NCBI GenBank assembly: GCA_964035545.1
Contig: OZ037773.1
Coordinates: 835,751-899,750, forward strand
Reading direction: 5' to 3'
Source: Bugula neritina
Lineage: Eukaryota; Animalia; Bryozoa
Length of the DNA: 64,000 bases
The notes below the pieces were generated by a model. That model was not told where the DNA came from and ran no database searches. It saw nothing but the letters and a program-made list of their open reading frames with translations. The translations under genes and the position numbers were made by a program. Below are positions 27,301-36,664 of the stretch, one piece after another; within the stretch, counting starts at the first letter, position 1; each line of letters begins with the position of its first letter.

Positions 27301-30077
27301 CAATTAGCTTCTCACCAATTAATAAGCAAATGCTTTGAGTTTCAATTTATGTTTATCATTTCTAGTGATTGGCTTATTCTCTCCTTATCTGCGTTTATAT
27401 CTATATCTGCATTAAAATAATCTTCAAAGCAAATGATGGTAGCAGTAAAGCTAAACACAAATATCATTAGCTAAAAAACTTGCGCACTACAGACAATGCA
27501 CTGTGTGTAATAGGTCATTCTCATAACAGATTTTCATACCCGTCTAATTTGCGACTTTATACGCTAAGCGGTGAAGTTGCGTTAAATTTAGTGTGCATAG
27601 ATATAAACATGCAATAACACACTTTAAGTATACTTAGCAGTTAGCTCTATGATTGTAATCAGACTACCTCAAATATAATTGCAGAATACTAATTGCTGTG
27701 TTCTGATGGGTTGATTCACGGCTATAGTTGGTGATGATTATTATCATTATCATTTTATTTGGATAAAATAATTCTGGGTAAAAAGTGTTTCATCCAAATA
27801 AAAAGCTGATTCTACAAATAATTATATCTTGTACCAGATTTTGAGTAACCCTGAGTTCTACCTAGATGAAGAGATTATTGTGATTTGTCAGGCTACAGGG
27901 TTTCACACTTTACATGGTCTGATGTTAGTCTACAGAAATGCAACCACCACTTTAGAAACTGGTTGTGTGGAAGATGTTTAAGTACATGGAAATATGACTG
28001 GTATATAATACTGTATTTAGAGTTGTAGTATTTGTAATTTTTTAGTGATAACAAATCAGAATGGCCAGAGTTTGAGCAGTAACAACACTTACACTCCTAC
28101 AAGTAGTGATGTCTCAGGAATTAGAGTAAGCTGTACTGATCAGAATCATCCTAACTGGAAACCTCATGCTAGAGTTCGAGTTGTTTCAACTACTTGTAAG
28201 TGTACAAATGATGACACGACATTTTAAAGATGACAGTAGGAAAACACTTATTAGGAAAACAGACAATTTACCAATAGAAAGCGCACAAATAGGCAATTAA
28301 AAAATGGCCATTTAAAAATATCATTTGAAAAATAAAAAAATATTCAACATGGACTAGTCTAAAGGGAGCATTCAGAATGTGGTTGAGTCCGAAATAGCTT
28401 TCAACAATAAATATGAAGCGTGAATTAGTTAGGCTTCTCGTGAAAGTAGAATTAGTTAACAAATATTTTCAATTTTAAATTGCACATGTTTACAAAAAGC
28501 TATTTTAGACCTGAACAGATGCTGAATGTTCCCTCTTGACTACTCCATGTTGAATTTTCTTCATTTTCCAACTGTTCTTTTCAAACGTCCATTTTCTGAT
28601 TGTCCATTTGCTAAGTGTCTATTTTCAAGTTGTCTATTAGTGAACCACCCGTTTTCCGAATAAGTGTTTTTGAATATTCATGAATTTGTACAAATAACTA
28701 GTCAGTTTATTAACTATCATCACCCAATTAGATTAAGTTAAACTTATTTGGGTGGGAAATTAAATTTCTATCAACTATTAATATACTTTTTCATTAGAAT
28801 TTTAGTAATTTTTTAATGAGTTATGTTATTGGCTCAGTAATTCTCAGGACATGCTGCTCTTTCATTTCTATTTGTATTTGAAACAATGATGTCACTAACT
28901 TATCTGAAAAGTATTTTTCTAATTTGTTTTGAATTTAGACAGGACATGTTGAAACATGGAACTATCAACTATATTCTAGTAAAGCAAAATGACATCTATA
29001 ACAACAGAAAATATATAATAACGCTAACAGATAAACCTTTCCTCATCACACACTGTTTCAATTCTTGTTCTGTCTTGTAATTTTAGCCAACGGAGTAATC
29101 CACATTTCTCACCACTCAGAATCACATCCTTACTTTTATGTCGGAATGGAGAACACAATTACCTGTTCAGCCAGTAACTTTACTAGTCTCAGTCAGTTGA
29201 ATCTAGTCTATGTTGATCAGTTAACCAGCTCTATTGTGTTCAACGCTGGCTGTGACATGGACGAACTTGGTGTCTGGTCCTCCAATAACACTGGACTTAT
29301 TGCGCTTAAACTGAATGTGCATTCAACTTCAGATAATGAATGTCAGTCAGGTGGTGAGCAGTTGATGGTTGATTTCACAGTAGAAGTCAAAACCCCTTAT
29401 CACGTTAACGGATATTTTTACTGCAAAGGCATTGAGAGTGCAACAAGTTCTGATATAGTCTCGGGGAATATTGAATTGAAAGATGTAAGAGGTGAGTATA
29501 TATTTAGTCAGTTTTATGTCTTATCGCTTCTCTTCAAATCTATAAGACCTATTAAAGTTTATTCTACAGAATCATTGCAAGATTAAATGGCATTTAAAAG
29601 TTATGTCTTGAGTACGAATATAAATTTTCAAAATGCTACTGTCCATTTTCTGTTTGCTTCAAAGCTGAAAAACTAAGTAAAGTAACTTGCTGATTATTTC
29701 AATTTTTTTGTCATATCTGTTTATAATTAGGATATTGTAGATAATTATGTTGTTTTGTACTTGCAGTGGCCCCAACAAGCCTGGTGATGTTTGTCGCTCC
29801 AGAACCTATTCAATATGTTAACCTGTCTGTTTCTTTCTCCTGTGAGACTCAGCCGCCAGAAGCTAAATCTGTCTTTATCTACGGTATACAAACATTATAT
29901 GACACCACACAAACATTTTATAACACCATACAAACATTATATGGCATAACACAAACATTATAGGACATCACACAAGCATTATATGATATAACACAAACAT
30001 TATATGGCACCACACAAACATTATATGACATAACACAAACATTATATGTATATGACATCACACAAGCTTGACATATA

Positions 30078-30159
<82 letters not shown>

Positions 30160-31241
30160 AAATAGTTGTAATTGCAGGTGTCTATGGTGGTGCAGGGACA
30201 AAGCTATCTTCTATCAATGCATACACACCAAGAAATACTGAATCCATAACTCTATATTGTATGGACACTACTCATCAGTTTTTGACTAACAACATGTACT
30301 TCAACGCTACCAGGATAATCTTTCCTTTAGGTGATTATGCTTTTTTTAATACAAAATATTCAGTATTGTCTAGATAAAGTTCTAAAGATGGTTTCAGACT
30401 GGTGTTTGCAAAAACACAATAAGTTACTTTTAATTTGCTAGTACTCTTGAAATACACATGCCACAAATTTTCAGACTAAAGACTACCAACATTTGATGTT
30501 TGCTGGTTTGTTTTTTCACATTACTTTAACATGCTAAGTTTGCAATCTTACAGCTTTTGTTTTTCTTTAGAGGCCCCATCAACAATTGCTCCACTAACCA
30601 CGGAGCTAATCACATTGCCACCACTTTCCAGAATCACACCTCCAGATAATAATAATTCAAGCTCTATGCTTACAAGTGGCACAACCACAACAGACATAAT
30701 CAAAGCCACTACCACAAAGACACTTAGTACCAGAACAGAAGAAGAGACAACAACACCAGATCTGGACTTCCCTGTTGAAGCAGACACACCGCAAGCAGAC
30801 GACAAGACTACCAATAAGTATACAGTTAAGTTTGTCACTTTCAAGGACGTTGACGATACACAAAAAGTCGTCAAAGTTGAACCTCCTCAAGGTGAGTAGA
30901 TTTTATTAAACTGGCCATTTTTCTCAATAACCATTGTCCTTGAAAATATTTTTTCAAAGCGATAATAATGTACCAGAAAAAGTAAAAACCCATTAAAGCT
31001 GAATGGCTTTTATTAAATTATGTATTTTTAACTTCCGATAGATTTTGTTGAGTCTTATATTTCCATCTATTTTATAGGTTATACTGCTGCCGCAAAAGCT
31101 GGTGTTGTGTTTGCTCTGATTGCCACTGGTCTGCTGCTCATTGTATCTCTCCTTCTGCTGACGAAGGTGGTGAAGGATCAACCGGTACCAAAGATTGACC
31201 CCAATATAGATTTTATTTACAACAAGCAGAGTGGTGCTTAG
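5813..31241 (+). CDS. Large multi-Ig-like type I membrane glycoprotein (signal peptide, probable beta-propeller, 10 long + 5 short Ig-like domains, mucin block, TM, short tail); 33 coding exons, about 2,457 aa
   Basis: Manually spliced exons, all GT-AG and phase-consistent: 5813-5874, 6105-6186, 6603-6702, 6826-7017, 7578-7687, 8586-8727, 8842-8914, 9070-9260, 9987-10106, 12654-12692, 13071-13448, 14985-15374, 15585-15959, 16907-17290, 17556-17669, 18135-18275, 19148-19768, 19999-20373, 20619-20732, 20995-21144, 21492-21893, 22710-23087, 23279-23632, 24298-24408, 25966-26118, 26494-26892, 27010-27123, 28046-28195, 29087-29491, 29767-29883, 30178-30330, 30571-30891, 31078-31241. The sum is 7374 nt, in frame. 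It starts MIFQNSKFTTAYIAVLILLMR and ends with TM AGVVFALIATGLLLIVSLLLL plus tail TKVVKDQPVPKIDPNIDFIYNKQSGA*. No transcript evidence is available. Confidence 0.85.
6105..10106 (+). CDS. N-terminal exons of the large gene: probable NHL-like beta-propeller region
   Basis: Spliced peptide has blade-like segments VIAGNSS, LRFIDGNSCARIL, GMTYDLVNSTWYFA, GISLSPSNLHLLIADYSTSQLFLLD. The fold assignment is inference from motif resemblance. Confidence 0.55.
7834..8039. mobile_element. hAT-type MITE
   Basis: Ends CAAGGGTAGGCAAC / GTTGCCCACCTCTA; flanking 8-mers TTATAGAA and TTATAGAG (7/8 match). Confidence 0.75.
8247..8562. repeat. 16-bp intronic minisatellite (TATACTAACACTACTA)n containing TACTAAC
   Basis: About 20 units, ending 23 nt before exon 8586. 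Confidence 0.95.
9578..9968. repeat. 19-bp intronic minisatellite (CTAGAGTATAGGCTTACAT)n
   Basis: About 20 units, with degenerate units upstream from about 9370; ends just before the acceptor of exon 9987. Confidence 0.95.
10594..12281 (-). mobile_element. 5'-truncated Penelope-like retroelement (RT + GIY-YIG endonuclease) inside a (TA)n tract in an intron of the large gene
   Basis: ORF 12246-10846 is uninterrupted: FDIVEFYPSI, MGSHDGAETCELVG, LYRDDGL (RT motifs), CNC..CPL, IVYQAK...TYIG...FKARYYNH (GIY-YIG); (TA)n on both sides (about 10518-10593 and 12282-12342). Confidence 0.95.
10688..10758 (-). ncRNA. Type I hammerhead ribozyme in the Penelope terminal repeat, core mutated (GAAA to AAAA)
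   Basis: Minus strand reads ATTTAT CTGACGA GTGCAC-N9-GTGTAC AAAA CTACTAG TA ATAAAT; differs from the intact copy at 48742-48812 at position 10714. Confidence 0.75.
13071..18275 (+). CDS. First Ig-like exon array of the large gene (long domains A-B-A'-B' plus one short domain split over two exons)
   Basis: ORF-track peptides 12995, 14873, 15560 and 16906 share Y-x-G-x(4-6)-C-x-[AS]-x2-F-x2-[LI]-x-QL, GC, C and G-x-F-x-C; every exon is symmetric phase 1. Confidence 0.85.
14252..14440 (-). mobile_element. tRNA-derived SINE
   Basis: Minus strand starts CGTGGTCTAGGGGTTAAAGCG (A box) ... GGTTCGAACCC (B box); related copies at 17852 and 21269. Confidence 0.8.
17852..18030 (-). mobile_element. tRNA-derived SINE, diverged copy
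   Basis: Colinear similarity to 14252-14440 (atagtc.ct...ctgtgaga, gcaattatgactg, gggtttgaac). Confidence 0.7.
19148..19768 (+). CDS. Mucin-like exon with (APPVTT/APPVTA)n, an 18-bp coding tandem repeat
   Basis: Open frame of about 30 GCACCACCAGTCACT(A/G)CA units; acceptor ttttag before 19148; probable donor GTCAGT at 19769; length 621 nt keeps phase 1. Confidence 0.85.
19999..30330 (+). CDS. Second Ig-like exon array of the large gene (6 long domains, 4 short two-exon domains)
   Basis: Long four-Cys exons at 19999, 21492, 22710, 23279, 26494 and 29087; short domains split as 20619/20995, 24298/25966, 27010/28046 and 29767/30178 (pattern P..F..C in the first half, YTP...C.D..H in the second). 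Confidence 0.85.
21269..21449 (-). mobile_element. tRNA-derived SINE, diverged copy
   Basis: Colinear similarity to 14252-14440 (atagtcgct, tttaaatgaggcacag, catcaccaatgg, ctagaccacg). Confidence 0.75.
27835..28005 (+). pseudogene. Intronic pseudo-exon: partial copy of Ig exon 23279-23632
   Basis: Closely matches 23293-23463, but CAA has become TAA at 27979-27981 and the 3' half of the domain is missing. Confidence 0.85.
28240..28670. mobile_element. Degenerate foldback/MITE with long inverted arms
   Basis: AAAACACTTATTAGGAAAAC ... ATTCAACATGGA ... AAATAGCTTT is mirrored by AAAGCTATTT ... TCCATGTTGAAT ... GTTTTCCGAATAAGTGTTTT. Confidence 0.65.
29886..30066. repeat. 21-bp minisatellite starting at a splice donor, followed by (TA)n at about 30081-30156
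   Basis: About 8 units of ACACAAACATTATATG(A/G)CA(C/T)N directly after the GT at 29884. Confidence 0.9.
30571..31241 (+). CDS. Ser/Thr-rich stalk exon (30571-30891) and TM plus cytoplasmic tail exon (31078-31241) of the large gene
   Basis: T-rich peptide in ORF 30531; last exon translates GYTAAAKAGVVFALIATGLLLIVSLLLLTKVVKDQPVPKIDPNIDFIYNKQSGA* with TAG at 31239-31241. Confidence 0.85.
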
Positions 31242-33001
31242 ATTTGGTTTCAAATGATGCATGTTATGAATAGATCCTTCATTGTATTAACAGATGTGTC
31301 TGCTTCGTAAAGAATTTCGAATTGAGTAATCACTAAGTTAGTTGTTGAACATGTAAATGTGCTTATATTATTTATTTTTACAAAGTTAGTAATTATGATT
31401 GACCTAATGTATTATAGACAACACAATTATAGTGAAGACTAGTTTTTAAGACAGCAGATAGACTGTTAACAATAAAATTTTCTGTAATAAAAACTGTTAA
31501 TTCATTTATCAAGATATTTTCTGTATGATCATGGTCAGAAGTTATTGATCTGTTTCTTTGTGTGAAATGGACGTCCATTTACGTCAACACGCAAGTGTCC
31601 TGCCTAAAGTGCACATGTCAGCATCTTCCTTAGAGTCCAGTTTAGCTCTGGTTATTGGGCAAGCTAGATAGAGTTTTTTGTTTAAACAGCTGATGTAGAA
31701 CAAATAAAAACTAGTAAGTTCATTAGTATTATATATAATTTGCCAAACTTCTGCATGGGCTTTACAAGAAATAAAACAGTAGAAAAGTTGAGAAATGAAA
31801 AACTTGATTACGTACTACTATTGTTCTACCAACTAAAATGTTGCAAATAAGCTAAAACTCACTCATTACCCCTTAATGATTCACATATTTACATGTGAAT
31901 AAACAGAATTTTCTATTATTTCCTATATTACTTTTAATTACTAAAGCATTACCAGTCAGTATGAAAGTTAGTACTTTTGCAGGTCATGTCTAGAAATTAG
32001 AGTTTTGTTATAGGTGACTTATATTTTGGGTTTACTCAGATTATAGGAAACTATACAGGAAATGAGCCTTAGCAAACTGCATTACACAAACTCAACAGAC
32101 AACTTGGGATTGACAACTTGGAACACAGCATCCCAGAAATCCTGATACTTAACTTGAAAATTTAACAGAGAACTTGACCGATAACTTGACTCACCGTTTG
32201 ACACATTACTGATCAACTGCTTACAGAACTTACTATAATCTTCAAATACGTGATCAAGTAAAGCCATATTCAAACTCGTGCTAATATTGTGGTGGCTCGA
32301 TAGACTGCTATCGTAATAGAAAAGGGGAAAGCAATAATTATTTTCTAACTGTAAGATGGGGTCATTGCGTGTGTAGAAAGATGACCCGAGACAACAAACC
32401 CTCCAATAGGAATCGTCAATTATTATTAGGACTGTGGCTTCCCCGTAGTAAAACAGTTGTTAGTAGACAGGCAAACTAGAAACACTGTACTGTATTGTTG
32501 TAGAATATCTGAGTAGATGTAGAGTTTTATTTGCGTACGTATTTGTGTAAATATACTTCTTTATTATTTGAAACTACAGTTGTGAGATTGATTGGATTAC
32601 AAGCAATGCACTAATTTGATTATACACTGAAACCCACAAGAGTAAAATTATAACAATATGACCTGTGAGATAAGTTATGAAATAAAGACAGTCGCAGAGT
32701 CATGTCCAAACCAAGTGGCAGATAGCTGCCTCCACAGGAACACTTAACTTGATAAAGACTACAGCTTCAGCATTATGATAAAACTAATTTTGTATTATAG
32801 AATTACTATTTACTATACGTGTAGTTTAATTTCACTGTAGGGTATTCTCTTTAATCAAGTAAAACAAAACAAAATATATTTTATAGATATTTATGTTTTA
32901 TTTAAGTTTTAATGATGGCAACAATAGAATATTCAATAATTTAAAAATTTGACAAAGCGTTTAACTTAGAGCTCCGAACAGCTTCAGAACCAACAAACTT
33001 T

Positions 33002-34805
33002 TCAAGCCACATTCTTGTTGTAAATAAAATCGATATTAGGATCAATTTTGGGTCGTTCTTGGCTAATCCACAACTTGGTGAAGAGAGCCACGGACAAGAT
33101 TAGCATTATTCCTATGACTACCAGCAAGTAAATACTGGCAACCTTCAGAGAGTTCACTTTATCTGCAAAACAGCAGAGAAATGAACTTTATAATAATTGT
33201 TAGAAACAGTGCCGTCCATAAAAACTGGAGGTTTGCTTGTAATATTTTAAAACTATACTGATTTTATTTCAAATTGATTAACATAGCTTTCAAAAGAAAA
33301 AATGATCCGTTTTGTCAGAGTTGTAGGCAATAGGTGTCATAATACCATGAAATTTACACTAAGTAGAGTGTATTGCATCAAGTTATTTGAAGTCAGTTTA
33401 CTACCTTAATGCAGTCAGGTACGTGACTTACAAATACTAACCAACATTACAATGTCTGTATACTTTGTCAATGTCTTTCTACACAAAGAGAAGCTAGGAA
33501 ATATATGAAGGGAACTCATATAAAATCATTTTTTATACTAAGCTTAGTTTTATTTCCCGTGTTATCAAGTGAAGATTATTGATGCTGTAAGACTTTATAC
33601 AAACACCAAAGCACCAACGTGAAAAGTACTGCTGTCTTGATATTTACTTTTGCTACAACTTGTTTCGACAGCTGCTCGTTTATCAAAAATTTGAGAATGT
33701 GAACAGTGTCCATAATACCTGGAAAGTTGCCACTTGTTATTGCTGTGTCCTGTTTAGGCGTTGGTTGCCCTGTGTATGCAGCATTAGTTGGTCTTCGAGT
33801 AAGGAGGATAGTCACTAGAGGAGTTGTGGTGGATACAGTGCGTGCTTGAGTAGGTGCTTGAGTAGGTGCTTGAGTTGGTGCTTGAGTTGGTGCTTGAGTA
33901 GGTGCTTGAGTAGGTGCTTGAGTAGGTGCTTGAGTTGGTGCTTGAGTTGGTGCTTGGGTTGGTGCTTGAGTAGGTGCTTGAGTAGGTGCTTGAGTTGGTG
34001 CTTGAGTTGGTGCTTGAGTAGGTGCTTGAGTAGGTGCTTGAGTAGGTGCTTGAGTTGGTGCTTGAGTTGGTGCTTGGGTTGGTGCTTGAGTAGGTGCTTG
34101 AGTAGGTGCTTGAGTTGGTGCTTGAGTTGGTGCTTGAGTAGGTGCTTGAGTAGGTGCTTGAGTAGGTGCTTGAGTTGGTGGTTGAGTTGGTGCTTGAGTA
34201 GGTGCTTGAGTAGGTGCTTGAGTAGGTGCTTGAGTTGGTGCTTGAGTTGGTGCTTGAGTTGGTGCTTGAGTTGGTGCTTGAGTTGGTGCTTGAGTGACTG
34301 GCATCGTAGTGGTTGGCATCGTAGTGGCTGACATCGTAGTGGTTGACATCGTAGTTGCTGACATCGTAGTGGCTGACATCGTAGTAGTTGGCATCGTAGT
34401 GGCTGACATCGTAGTGGTTGGCATTGTAGTGTTTGGCATCGTAGTGGCTGACATCGTAGTGGTTGGCATTGTAGTGGTTGGCATCGTAGTGGCTGACATT
34501 GTAGTGGCTGACATCGTAGTGGTTGGCGTTGTAGTGGTTGGCATCGTGGTGGTTGGCATCGTAGTGGTTGGCATCGTGGTATTTGGCATCGTAGTGGTTG
34601 GCATCGTAGTGGTTGGCATCGTAGTGGTTGGCGTTACAGTAGTTGAAGTTGAAAGTGTGGTTTGTGCAAACCTAACAAATTGATACAAAAAATGGTTTCA
34701 TACCAAAACTTGACTAGCCACAGAAACAGGAATTTTATGGTGGGTATTACATCAAAGAACTTACACAAAATTGGTCAGGAATAAGAGGGTAGCACTACGC
34801 CACAT
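33002..34805 (-). CDS. Small type I membrane mucin (signal peptide, TTTMP/ATTMS and PTQA repeats, TM, tail); 3 exons, about 384 aa
   Basis: Exons 34805-34765 (MWRSATLLFLTNFV, donor GTAAGT, phase 2), 34671-33719 (repeats, phase 1) and 33162-33002 (DKVNSLKVASIYLLVVIGIMLILSVALFTKLWISQERPKIDPNIDFIYNKNVA*); 1155 nt in frame. Confidence 0.88.
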
Positions 34806-35998
34806 CCAACAACTTCTTCCCTTTGTCATTTTGTCAAACTCGACTAGTTTACTTGAGTGACTGCAGTTTGAGAAATTAAAACAGTTTCACAGAGTGTTGT
34901 GCCTTCAATGTAAATATTCTACATATCATTGAACATATTTTTTCTCTCACATTCAAATTAATAACTTTTAGCAGACATCAAAAATAAAACTGGAGCTTTC
35001 AGTGATTAGGCTGCGTGTTGCAGTGGATAATAATGGTCAACAATAATTTCTGTTAGTTTTATGATACGGCAGACTTCATAGCTGCGACTGAAAACATCAA
35101 GTGATCAGAAATCCCAAATTAAATCAACACTTGTTTCTACAAAATTATTTGTAAAAAATAATAAGTTTGAGTGTACAACCCTCAGTCTGTAGATGATAGC
35201 TAAGATATGTGAACATTTAATTACTGCGTAAATGACAAGAGTCAGGAATCTTTCAAACCAAGAAAATATATAAAAATCTGGTGAAACAGAAAATTGGTGC
35301 AAGAAAACAAACTGATTTCTAAACAACTTACACAATGCTGAAGAGCAACTGTAAGCACAGGTTTCTCCTATATTATCATTCAATAGAGTAAGTGTGAAGT
35401 TCCATAAGACATCACATTAGCTAGCAAATTTCTTAGCATTTCTAACAAATGATTGCAACAATGGCCACCTTGAACTATGTTTCATTGTTTGAAATATTTA
35501 TAATTTCATAATATAAAATAATATGGTTTTACACAAAAATTAATTCAATTGTACATTCTATGAGAATAAAATAATAGAAAATGCTACATTTTATAGTTTA
35601 TAGTTGATATGAAAAAGTGAATTTTATCATTTTATATATTCATATAAAACTTAAGACAATTGTTCATAAAATTATAACAAATTTATTATGAAAAATTGCA
35701 TAGTAATAGCAAGATTGAAATGTGGAAATGGTATAATTTGATAGAAAAAGTCTATTATCAAAAGTGTGCATTCCAAAATCCTTAATTCACTTGTAACCTG
35801 TTATGAAAAGCACACATTTATTAAATGAGATGAAATACACAGCACAGCATACACAGTGTATAGTAGCGCATGATTAATAGAGGTAATATATAGTGTGTAC
35901 ATATAGTAGTACAACTGGAAACAACTTTATATAAAACATTTACATATTTATCTTGAACTGAGCCTGTAGGAAACTTCAAGTCATGTGAACACATAATC

Positions 35999-36614
35999 CT
36001 AGAGTATACATGGGAACATAACTACTAGTATATACATGGGAACATAACTACCAATATATACATGGGAACATAACTACTAGTATATACATGGGAACATAAC
36101 TACTAATATATACATGGGAACATAACTACTAGAGTATACATGGGAACATAACTACTAATATATACATGGGAACATAACTACTAGTATATACATGGGAACA
36201 TAACTACTAATATATACATGGGAACATAACTACTAGTGTATACATGGGAACATAACTACCAATATATACATGGGAACATAACTACTAATATATACATGGG
36301 AACATAACTACTAGAGTATACATGGGAACATAATTACTAGTATTATATACATGGGAACATAACTACTAATATATACATGGGAACATAACTACTAATATAT
36401 ACATGGGAACATAACTACTAATATATACATGGGAACATAACTACTAGTATATACATGGGAACATAACTACCAATATATACATGGGAACATAACTACTAAT
36501 ATATACATGGGAACATAACTACTAGAGTATACATGGGAACATAACTACTAGTATATACATGGGAACATAACTACTAGTATATACATGGGAACATAACTAC
36601 TAGTGTACACATGG
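35999..36614. repeat. 26-bp minisatellite (TATACATGGGAACATAACTACTAGTA)n just downstream of the PGAM5 stop codon
   Basis: About 24 contiguous units, starting about 50 nt 3' of the stop on the minus strand. Confidence 0.95.
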
Positions 36615-36664
36615 CTGAACAAAGAACATGAACTTAGTGCTGATAAGGATGACTTCAGCGTCAA

